The notes beneath the pieces are model-generated. The model was not told the DNA's origin and did not search any database. It saw only the letters and a list, made by a program, of their open reading frames with translations. This document shows positions 24,901-37,000 of a stretch of 64,000 nucleotides of DNA, piece after piece. Both the position numbers and the translations under genes were made by a program. Where the stretch lies: contig CM082582.2 of assembly GCA_040954595.2 (NCBI GenBank), forward strand, positions 13,242,327 through 13,306,326. The letters run 5' to 3'. Positions within the stretch are counted from its first letter, which is position 1. Each line of letters begins with the position of its first letter. Origin of the DNA: Balanoglossus misakiensis. Its lineage: Eukaryota > Animalia > Hemichordata.

Positions 24901-26953
24901 CTTTCTTCGGTTCCGGCAGATGCGTATATACCTGCCCATACTTGTTTCGTTTTTGCATTGTGGAAAATATCTGCATGTCCGGCGGAAAGCAAGCTTTGGC
25001 GTTATAGTCACACCACTGTATGAATAAATTAAAATGCTTCTTGTCGCTCTCGTCTTAAATGACCCTCACACATCGAGAGTCCCTATCAGACACCATGGAG
25101 TTATTAATGAGGGGCCGTGACTTGGTCGACTTAGCCAAACATGTCACGTTAGCTTGACTATTTGTCATAATAATTTACGTTAAGTTTAAATCAGCTTAAA
25201 TCATAAATAATTGATATCATTTGTTGGGGAATTTGTACAGGGGATGATGATGTGTTGAAACGGTGATAACTCGATGTGGTTCCACAATCTGTATCAAATC
25301 CATCGATTGTACTTTCCGTTAAGTAGAATACGCTATAAATCTGCGAAAGAGCAGTTTTTGTGGGTTGAAATGCAAATTTCGAGAGCGAGGTGCAAATCGG
25401 TTTCTATGGTTTTCCAGATTTATGTCAATGATAACAAGACATGGACAGGTCAAAGGTTGAAGTTGACACTTCGTTTACCCTGCATACATTAATCACCAGT
25501 AGATATTGTAATTAAACTTCTTCTCTATCGGTAATTATTTTCATCTAATTTTGTATTGTTTCCTTCTTAATTGGCGTGTGTGCTTTGTTCCCTTGGCGTT
25601 TTCAGCGGAGCGCCAGCAGCTCTTTCGCTCTCCCGGCGCTGGCTGCCTCGCCTCGCGCATGCCTTGCAGAACCATCTGTGTCCACATCATCAGCTGTTAC
25701 ACCGCAGCCATTCAATACGCGGCAGAAGCGTCCACACGCCGAGCCAACCATTGAATCGAGCTCACCAACAAACTGAAAACACGAGGACAATATGGTTTAA
25801 TGTTTAGTTGTTTGTCTAGTGTGCCAACATAGATCAAAAGCCTGGCACCCTCTTTTATCATCCTACTTAATATCAATGCCTTGTTTCTTCGGCCTCCCGC
25901 CGTCCCGGTGACTTTGTTGTGCGACTTGCAGGATTGTCTGTAGCTCACCATTTCTGACTCGAACAAGATGCACAGCGAAGTTAATTACATGTGTATTGAC
26001 CATACCGTATGGACCCAGTTTTAGCAGAGCTGGAAATTAAACCACCATGTCTATATCATTCAATTTCGAAAAAGATACAGTCTTTATTTCGTCGCCATCA
26101 TACTAAATTATTTTCAACATAATTACTCATTTAATCTGCGTGTAATTGAAGAAATGCAATTTACAATTATATCAAGAGCGATTGTGTGTCGTACTGCTCC
26201 AAAAGTTGCCATAGTTACCACAGCTAGCGCAGCCACCAGCATCTACATTCTACGACTAAATAGACAATCTTTCAAGAGAAGACGTTATTGTTCGTTTGGG
26301 AATGTTAAATCTTTTCTTGAAAGCCGTGTGGGTGAGCTTAAGTGTGGTCATTTGTCTTGGGTAGTGACATTGCTATTGTGACACCAAGTCAGTGACCCCC
26401 CGCGTTACATCACGTTGTTACCAAGTTCCAGAACTGTGCGACATCGCCATTTTGACCACCATACCCCGATAAAACCGAATATGAGTAAAAATTGGGCTAT
26501 TATAATAAAACCATGTCGACATTTGATGATATAGTGGCAACCCGATCTGAACCAGCCATGTTACGCGTGTTTTGCGGGAAAATACAAGCCCGGTGTATAG
26601 GGTTTGTTTATAGGTGTTTCGGGTCGTGTTTGCAAAACGGAAGCCATATTGGAATTGGACAGAGGTCGTCGTGGTCGGGACACATACACACACACGTCTG
26701 CGGACAATAAAACACAGGACGACTCTGATAAGATCTGTCGATAACAAGAAACACTGTGTAAACTGCCAACTATTCAGGTCAACTTGGTGAATTCTCATAG
26801 ATACCAAACAACCAGAAAACAAAAACTTGAAGTGATGCAACCCGAACATGGGTTAATAGTGGGGCGTAGGTCTGATACGCCCGCGGTTTTGCCAATACCT
26901 GTGTCATTTTGTGAGCATATTTGAAAACGGGCATGGCATACCTAAACTCCATA

Positions 26954-27077
26954 GTCTAGAATTTACACTTACATTTACATGATAAAAGCGTGATATATGT
27001 AAAAGTGTGATTTATGACAGATTTTATTTTGACTGCCTCCTTAACCACTTTACAAACACTTGGCGTAAATTCTAGAC
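26954..27077. mobile_element. MITE-like element with 13-bp perfect inverted repeats
   Basis: gtctagaatttac...gtaaattctagac. No clear target-site duplication. Confidence 0.5.
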
Positions 27078-28062
27078 AGGCCATTCCACACCCAATGTCC
27101 CCACACTTAAAAAACACCGACATAACCCTTCACCTTGTTATCGTCAAACCACCCTCACCAGAACACCAAAAATAAACTGTTCTTTACCGAGACACTGCAT
27201 TTGACCTGAAGGTTACATGTGTCGTAATTTTGAGAACTTTTCAGACGTGGCCTCGACTGTGGCAGTACTTCAGGTGTACCAAATGCGGCCACGCCCACAC
27301 AAGAAACTCTAGTGGCTCTTTCTCAGAGTGGCCCGACACGCTATCGAGTTAAACTCGAGCAACAAAAACCACAGGGTTTGGAATATCCGACCAGTTTCAT
27401 GTTACAAACTCGCGACGGCTACACTCGCAAATACCCGAATAGATCCTCTAAAATCCCGAGCTAAAGCCGGGAGTCAATTTTGAAGCTGAGTAAACCTGGA
27501 ACGGTGTCTTATGAACCCCGTTGAACGCTACTCAGAATGTGTGCACAACGAATTATTCATATGATTTGCTGATAGTTAAGAGTCTGCCCCTTAACTGCCT
27601 TGTTATTTAAATTAATGTTCGACCATGCTTGACGATACTTACACTTTTGAATCACTGCAACAAAGCAAATCTCGGCTTTGTTCAAGAAAATCGATATTCT
27701 TGCTTCCGTCTCTAGAGCAACCCAGACTGAAGCAGTCTAAGAAATAACAATTTCAGAAACTATCTGTCGAAAACCAACCGCTTATAATCGCCAAATCTAT
27801 CTATATCTATGACTTAAAGTACTTTTTCGGTGTCACCTAGAGGGACTGGTAGTCAGACATAGATGCGTACGCACCCAACCCTATTCATTAATCTGCCACG
27901 TACCTTGCTTTCAGCCAATGAGACGCCTGTGTCCACAAATATATTACCCCGCACATGGAACCGTATTCTAACAAAACATTTGGTTTGCATTGATCAGCAC
28001 GCAAAAGAACACACAGAGTCCCTGGTAGCACTTCACTTCACAGACCCCGACCATCGCACAAA

Positions 28063-31000
28063 ATGGCAACAGCCTACAACTATCTGGTGGTGTTGTGGTG
28101 CGCAACACCAGGACAGAGGGGACCTTACCTGGGATCCGATGAACAAGAGACAGTACTGTTGGTTTGGATGGTGATCGATGTCGAAACAAACAAGGTAAAG
28201 AGACGCACTGCGTACACCGTGTAATGTTTTCATTCAATGAAACCGACATGCCGGTAGCACTTAATGTAAAGAGATACTGAACTCTCATCAGCTATGCGCC
28301 AGCCCGGTCGGATAACACATGCACGACATGCATGCTCTTATTTACAACAGATTCCTCAACTCTGATTTCGTGTTTTAAATTTTGTGTGGCTTCTTTGGAT
28401 CAACAGGTTGTCAGCTTCCAGCAGTCGTACGCCAGGGCAGACCACACGGAAGTTACAGAGGAATTTTGCTCGGAACTGGGGATTAAAGAAGATTCCATTA
28501 AAAATGCAGAACCATTGGAATCCGTATTACAACAGGTAAACACAGTTGTATCAGTTAATGTTACAGTCGAATATCCAAACATACCTCCAGCGCCATAGAT
28601 TCTGACAGTGAAATGGCAATGAGAGAATGAAATATGGCTCGACAACTATATCAAAGGCTTAAATTTGCAGTTACCGCGTTATCAGTAAATCGCCGTTCAA
28701 ATTTCCGAGCCCCGCACCGTCGATTTGAAATGTAGTTTAACAGCGGTCGACACTTGTTGCATTTCACCGTAGTTATTCAGTCGATCGACCTGAGTGGTAA
28801 TCACGCACAAATCGTATATAGAATTCACACCGGAATTAGATTAAGTGTCGTAATAGAGTTAGCCTATTCAACGGCCCTGCCTTTCAAGTGTTCGTACACA
28901 CAGCTAGCTTCCGTTGTTTTTAACGAGATTCATAGCACGCTGGCGTGCGGTGGTTTGTACGGCAACCGAGGCAAGGCAGGTCGAAACGTTGAGCGAAGTT
29001 CAGAAGAAGAAAAAACCTTGTTTTATTTTCATGATTTATTTTTTGTTTACCCCAGATCGACAACCAGGTCCGCAATGTACTAAATTCAACAGAGGGTGCA
29101 ACGTTCTGTATCTGCACGGATGGCCAGCTTCAGCTCAGGCAGTGTTTGCACCCACAGTCTGCCAGCAAAAACATAGAACTGCCCGAACATTATTACCGAT
29201 TCTTTGACCTAAGGAAGGAATTCCAGAAATTTTACACACTGGCACCACAACCAAACTCACTGAAAGACATGGCGGAATGTATCCTTTGAGAATTCGTGCT
29301 ACCTGTGTTTTATTTTCTGCTTTTCTGTTGTGTTCCAATTTTAACGCTCACGTGGTCACATTTAGTGGCGACTGCGCCACTGGAACTTAAAATGGATGTT
29401 TGAAAGGTCAAAGTGTACAGGGGCTACACGTATTTAACTCGCCCTTTCATATCAGTTTGTACCTCTACGCAAGGTGGAATCAGATAGCAGTTGTTAATTT
29501 TTGATGGATTTCAACCAACTTAAACCACATACAGTCCGCGGGGGTCGTATATCTTAATTCGATTACCTAGCAGCACCTGAGATAAAACGGTACAAAAGTC
29601 TATTAAACTATCGGTCAAGTTTTCAGGTGGTGTTGAAATTAATTCCAGTAGTAATTTTTCCACACATCAGTGCTGGCTACTGGTCTTACGAGATCTCCTA
29701 TTTGGCGTTCGATTGAGACAAGCTACAATAGCACAGGAATACTAAATGACTTTTAATTGAATGGCTGCGCACAACTTGGTATGCATGTTAAACGCCACTC
29801 ATTGTTTGGAGAGCCTAGACCCAGAATCAGTCGACCAGTATATTTGTCACTCGGCCTATAACAGGATGGTACACTCCACACCCAAACATACTGGCGGAAC
29901 CCCTTAACTTACTTGATGTTTTTTAAGTGTGAGATACAGGATTCTTCATTCTCATTTTAACAGAAACAAAATTCGCGTGATGTATTTATTCTAAAACCAC
30001 AGAGTTGTTTCCGGTACATGAGAATCGAAAGTACATGTCCAATCTCTTTTGTGGGGAATAATTATTTACATAAGCTTGTTTGTGGACTGGTTTGTATACT
30101 TGTATTTATAACAACACAACCTGTTCAGGTAGCAGATACGCTCACTTTTCCAACATGTCAATCAAATGGTCACGACACGGTGTTTAAATCGTTACCGAAC
30201 AATCAACCGAATGTGGAATCTGTGTAGCGTAATTCAGGGAAATCGGTAGACGCATTTAAGCTTTTCAGACGTTTTTATTTCATGAATTGTTTGTGTAAGC
30301 TCCCGGGCTTGACAGAGATGACGCTTCTTGGCAATTTGCCCTTTCGTTGTTATGTAATGGAGGAGGGGGTAACAAGAGTGGGCCATGTTTGCCGTAGGCT
30401 TTCAAATCCAAGTAGATCCACAGTCACTCCCTTTCTTGAGGAACTGTAGTAGAACGGACAGTTTCAGCATAGGATGGGAAAGCACAGGCTTGGGCGAGGG
30501 TGTAACCTATTCCTTGACGAGGTTTTTGTTTGATGTAGTCAACGTTCTATTTTCAAGTCGATGCACATGCCATCACCTGAATCTCACGAGTGTTTCTGCA
30601 ACATTTTGTACACATCGTTTCGACAAATAGTCTGTGTTGTGTAGGGAAAAGCGTATCTGGAATGTTGTAGCTCGTAGCAAGAAATGGCAATAGGCGAATA
30701 TGAATTGGTTGAATTCATAAAGTGACAACTCCCATCCAGAGAGTCTGACTCATGCCTCCATCCTTGCCACTTCTCTGTTGCGGGAAGCACATTTGCTATT
30801 GAACACAGCGCGGTTTACGATCGCCCAGTCTGTGAATATTTATTCAAATCTGACGGTCAACAGATCATCAATACTTGAAGTTTCCATGGACCGAGGCGGG
30901 AAGCTGGTCTACCAACCAGCATAAACTTCAAAAAACCTCGTTATGCTTGAATAAGCCCTTCAGAACCAATACAAAGATGACAATACAAATGATGCAGGCA

Positions 31001-34000
31001 ACCGAATGCACACCCCTTTATTGTAATCACATTCGGCAGCCCTGTTTGTGTTCTCTACCAAGTCGAAAAAAGACTTCCAGTTTTCTTTTGTGTGATATTG
31101 ACACCAATTGCTTCCCTCACGGACACCTCATTCTTCTTCACTGTTAATATCCATAAAACTATCCAATCTTTATTTTGATATGTTTAAATTGACCCCAACC
31201 CCTGCCGGTTGTGTTCTTGGTTGGTTGAGGCGTTGACTTCGGTGTGCAGTTGGCCGGTGAAGGCTTGACCGACGCGACAATCCACGCTGCTTTGTTGTAA
31301 TCTCATGGTACACATTTGATAGACTCTTGATGAAGTGTTCGTCAATATGGACATTAACCCCGTCGTGGTAGCTGCCACTTGTTCTTCTGAAGACTCGTTT
31401 CCAAATATCTGCAAAGTTTCCATCTCTCATCGGTCCATTTTATTGAAAATGAACGTGGGGGAGGGAGAGGAGGGGGGGGGGTAAGTTGAAGAGAGAAAGA
31501 CACGAGAGAAATTATGTTGAGTTTCAGTAAATTGTTGTCGGTCGTCAATTAAGGGCGGTCCTGCATGGAAGCCGATTGTTGTTTGTGATTGAAATAAGGC
31601 AGGCAGATAATACATGCTAGGACATGCACGCCGAGTTTTAAAAAAATCGATACAGCGAGTCAGGTGCCACTATGATTTTCCGTTTGATAGCCCCAGTCGT
31701 AGCTATTTATTGCCTACCAACCCTGTGTCCCAGCGCTCAGTTTTAAGCCAAAAATACATTTTCATAAAACAACTATTTTCGTTCACTGAGAAGCCCCAGT
31801 TGAATTTAAAGAGACGGGGTACAGAAACACCTGGAACAAAGCTATAGACATCATAAACTAAATGATTTAATTCCATACTGCACATATTGAAAAAAGAGTA
31901 CTTGGCAAGGTTGCATTGTGAATTATTTACATGAACCACTTGTTAATCACGAATATGAAGCTTCTTGCTCATAAATTGGTAACATTCGGTTTTACCACAT
32001 GTAAGAGACGTTCCCGCGTTGGGCAAACCTAACTATTTGGTCCGTACTTTTGTCCCTTCTTTTGCGTTTCCACGAATACAGCCCCTCGACCAGAAAGGTC
32101 TATTAATTGATACGTGTGCTATAATGAACTCGTGTACATATTTCAGTGTGCGCCTTACTGATGCGACAGGTCGTGAGTTGATGAATAATGTTCCAGTTGT
32201 CACGTGTGGAAACTTTTATGTCCCCCCCTTCCCCCGACGACGACGATGAGATTCTGTACTTCAATGTCGTGCTGGTGTTTCCATGGTGAGCGCGTTGGTG
32301 CTCTGATGCCTTTGGTGTTGGAGCGTTCCCATCAGATGTGCTGTGTTATCATCGCATCGGCGATGGCCCAATAATACGTGTTAGTACTGCAAAGTCTGGC
32401 CAAAGTTCATGCCACAAAGTTGTCTCTCAGGTTAATGTTGGTGTCCTAGTGCTACGTGATGGTGCTACAATGCTTGATCATTGTTGGATGACACTGTGTT
32501 TCTTGCTGGTATTGCAGTAATATTGCCAGTATCCGGTCAATGTCGATGCCCTGCTGTTATGTGCTGGTGCAAGGATATCTGACCATGTGGCCATATTGTC
32601 TTTGTGGTGACCATCAACAAATGGCACGTGTTTCCCCTTCACTTCCAAGTCTGCTTTCTGCCTGCAAATTTTACATGAAACCTGTCAATATTTCTCCGGG
32701 GCGAAAATGAAATTTGCTCTCTACAATGCCTACCGCTACCTGACTATGTCTTAGTACCTTCTCTTCTCCTCGGCTTAATGATTTACAGTTTCAATGGAAA
32801 ACAACGATTCCTGATGTATACCACATCTAAACCGTTTACAATTCAGGCAATACAGACTACACTGGAAAGGGAATGCTGGCCATTAGAAGCTATCAATTTC
32901 GATACCAACATATATTAGCAATCAAACAAAAACGTTATTTATAGATTTCAGTAGTAGGTTTGAGTATAGAACCAGGGCTGAAAATTAATTGAATAATTTG
33001 CATGTGCTTCGCGGTTTGTTAACGTTTTTGCTACCAAAGAGTAAAATTGAAGAGGTCGTTCTTGGCGAGGGGAAGGTCTCTAAGGAAATTTATGTTGCGG
33101 TTCTTGTACGTCGCGTATCATCACACATTCGAGGTCATAATGTAAAGGGTAGATATGGGCGTAGTCTCGTTATAACAAATGCAATGTATTATTAATTTTT
33201 CACCGTGTAAAAGTGATCAAATTTTGTATCTACGTCTGCCCAAAAGCTTGCTGTAAATTTCCTTTAAACATCAGATGATCATCGGGTACCACTTAGGCAC
33301 CATTGTTTCAACTGCCGAACCTCATTTTTCCTTAAATGCCCATTCTTTAGAAAGTCAATTGTTTATGTTAACAATGATATTGTTATGCTAACTCGATGGC
33401 ACAGACGTGCGTAGACAAGTTTTCTTCCTTTTTGACATGATATATTATTTTGACATGAAAACAAAAATGAAATGAAAATATATGAAAGTCTCCAGAGCAA
33501 ATATGCACCAAAAATGATCGAGGGTTTCTAGTTAGTACCCTTGGAAGAAAGTATCAAATATCAAGTGACAATCTTGAGCTAACAAGAAGCCCAAAGGTCC
33601 GCCCGCCCCTTGATGGTGAGATTAACTAGTGCCATACAAATTGTTAACTTTAATGATAACATTTACTTTGTTTATTTACCTCCTTGTGTTATGTCCATAT
33701 GTCCACGTGCGTACAATTATCTCTACGTGGGTATCGTAACCACTAGACGATTGACTTATTTGTTAGACTATGAAATGCACGAGAACGAAGAATTAACAGA
33801 AAACCAAAGTTTTAAATTTACTTATAGTTCAAGTTGAAATGTCGTTAATGCATTGCAAGTTTCCTTGACAACCGATGTCAGATTTGAAAGTAGACATATC
33901 TTCCAACACAATGTACGGCACCGGTGATGTTAGGACGATGGGCGTTATAATACAAAAACTTCTGTCGGATGGTAAGTAAATGCTCTGATGATCTTTAACT

Positions 34001-37000
34001 AACGTTAATACTTTGTAATCGTGCATGATTGGGAGACTACGTTTTATGCTTTCTTCTTGGAATAAAAAGACGATTGGTCGTAAATTTAAGCGGAACTTGT
34101 GCGTAGATTATCGAAGCAAGGTCATGATGGTGATATTTTGGTCAAATACAGTATGAGATGGGTTAAATTAAACTGTAAATGTCACGTGGTAGAGGATAAT
34201 AATTTATCGTCAAATGTACCACCTGTTGACTCTGTATGTCTGTATAATGACGTCATCTGCGATGTGAATGTTCGCATCGACTGATGCGTAGGATCAAACG
34301 CGTACTTTTCCCGTTACCTTTGGGACAAACTACATAAAACATTTTGCACCAGATTGGTTCGATTGTTTTGAAGACAGAAAACCCAAAGAGGTGTAGATTT
34401 AGACCATTTATAATTCTTTCCCCGAACACACATTTCCATTAAATTTGCGAAATTTAAATATAGAACATTGAAGAGCTGATTACAATAAACGCTGTGAATA
34501 CCACTTTGGTAGTTTGCGTTGTATTTTCAGGGACATTAACACGGCAACATCTGTAGACAAGTGCTGTAAAAACACTAGGCCCTAATATGGTACAGAATCA
34601 TCAAGCGTATTAAAATTTACGACTCGGCTGTTCAACAGAAAGAACTACGACATTCATTTGAATAATTATTGGCTCACTTTTTAGTGTCGTCTGCTATGTC
34701 ATTGCTACAAAATGTATAAATTCATCTGGCGTACTAAGTTTTCGGGACAATTACACTTTATACAGAGTAGCGTCGTATCTCTAACCGCTGATAGTCAACA
34801 TAGAATTGAGATGGAGTCGAACCAGTGGTTGTATATAACAATACACTGTACAATTCACAGACCCATATTGCTGAACGTACAATTTTGACCAGCAATTTTT
34901 CACAAAAGGTACACGGTGTGACCAAAATAAATCCTCGTCGAGGTCTTTTCCCCAATGCAGTGGCAACTGAAAAAAAAAACCAATAATATCTCTCCCTTTT
35001 CTTCCAGGACACAAGTTCACGTCTCCCGAACAAATCCAATCAAAATTCGAAACAGGAACGTGGTAAGTGACGGTTCCTTCTTCCAGAATAAAACGAGTTT
35101 ATGTCACGACAATTTAATGAGTGTGGGAGTAATCAAACAGGGCTTAGTGAACGCTGAAATTCGCATTTCATAAATAACAGTGTGATATTATTTTCCTGGT
35201 ATGAATATCACGTGACTCGCTGACGTTATTTTGTTTCTGACGATTCGCCAGTTTCCATCAAATTGTGATTAATCTCTGCACGAAACATATTCTCTTAGCG
35301 GAAGCAAATGCACGAAGGTGGTCGATGTTCTCCATTCTAATTAAGAGAGTCTGATTTTTGAAATTCTGTGCTATCATGCACATCAGAAGCAAAACCACAG
35401 ACAATGAAACATATAACATTCAAGACCATTTCACTTACGTAAACCTTTTTCACTGGAGGTATTGATGTCTTCTCTTATAAAATGCATTATAAATTCTCGA
35501 TTGACAACAACCCTTTCAAGAGCATTGGGTGACCAGCCCTTCCTATTTTCGCCTCCACGGACAGTTTACAATGTATGAGTATGAAGTGACCCATGACCTA
35601 GAGGTCATCTCAGGCTTGTCTGGCATGTCATGCCCAATGAGTCCCTATTCACTCTGTACATGACTTGCATTCTTAGTTGCCAAGTTCCACATTAAGTAAC
35701 CAACACTCCTCTGGTTTTCTTGCCTAAAAAGCTGTTCAACTTTCCCCGTCAACGTCAGGAATTGCCCCTCTTGTGTTTGCTTCACAGGTTCAACGATTTC
35801 CCCGGATTTTAATTTTGTGAACCGATTGTTATTTGCCGCGTCTCCATGTCGTCTGCAAGTATGCAGCATGAACCCTCGAGGGCCTATGTTTGCAGTGATG
35901 ACTTTAATTATTGTCATTTCATAGGACGGCACTTGAGATGTTGACTATAATAATGTTTGCTTCCCTAACATTGGAGAGTAATACTTATTATTTTAAATGT
36001 TTCTCATTTATAGTGATAAGCACGAAGTTGTCGACGGTGATCACATCATTAAAGCTAGAGGGTTGCCATGGCAATCGTCGGACAAAGATGTTGCCAAATT
36101 TTTCAAGGGGCTGGATATAGCCAAGTAAGTAGGAGTCTTTACATATACCCTTAATTTAATCACTGTGCAAATTTGATTTTCGTTTCCATCCTAATTTGAG
36201 AAATCAACAGGTGGTTTCATTCGGTGGATGGCTTCATTGCAAAGGGCATGCGTTTGTCACGCAGACACCAGTGAAACAAATCATGAGACGGTTTTGTCGA
36301 GTTCTTATGTTTACAAGAGAATATTGTCATGGCCTACGATGTATTGATTTGTGTGTTTACGAGAGTGTCTATTGGGAAAGGGTCGTTTCAGGAGTCTTTG
36401 TCGAACAATCAATAGCCATCCAGGAGTTGGCGAACCTGAACGACTTGAGTGTCGCTTGATTCAAAACAACCGTCAATGATAGGGACGGGCTCTTCCTTTT
36501 TGGGCATAACAAAACTCGACAGAAATAGGAACGTTTATGAATACGCGCTTTGAAATGAGAAGACCACGTCGACAGGGGCACATCATATGATCTTTAAATG
36601 CCGGATGTTCGTGCAACACATGTGTTGCTATAAGCTTAATCCGCGCACAGCTGTTTAAGATTTGACGCTACGCTGAACAGTCGCAGTAGAATAACTCACG
36701 TCAATTAAGAATGATAAACTATCTTGTCTCCTGTGCGATATTTTATCTGCGATACCCACCCCCGGATATTTCCTAACTTTGGGGTATTTTTACACTTCAA
36801 CAGAGCCTCTATATATTTCTCAACGAAACTCCCAACTCCAAGATTAAGTAAAGAACTGACCCCCTGGTCTGTGGTTAAATCGATACAAAATATGTTGTCA
36901 TCATTGATTTCCTGTAACCAGAGTGTTCTTTCCGCTCCAGGAAAGATCCTGCGTGAAGCTATTCTATTTCCACAGAGAGAAAACATGTCGGTTTTCTATA

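Noticed and set aside
33325-33350. TTTTCCTTAAA...TAG as the ESRP U12 acceptor
   Set aside because: It gives an immediate stop (T|AA). The 33881 acceptor yields the conserved protein. It could be a decoy at most.
36062-36075. X-box-like GTTGCCATGGCAAT
   Set aside because: It is dictated by the conserved GLPWQ codons of ESRP RRM1.
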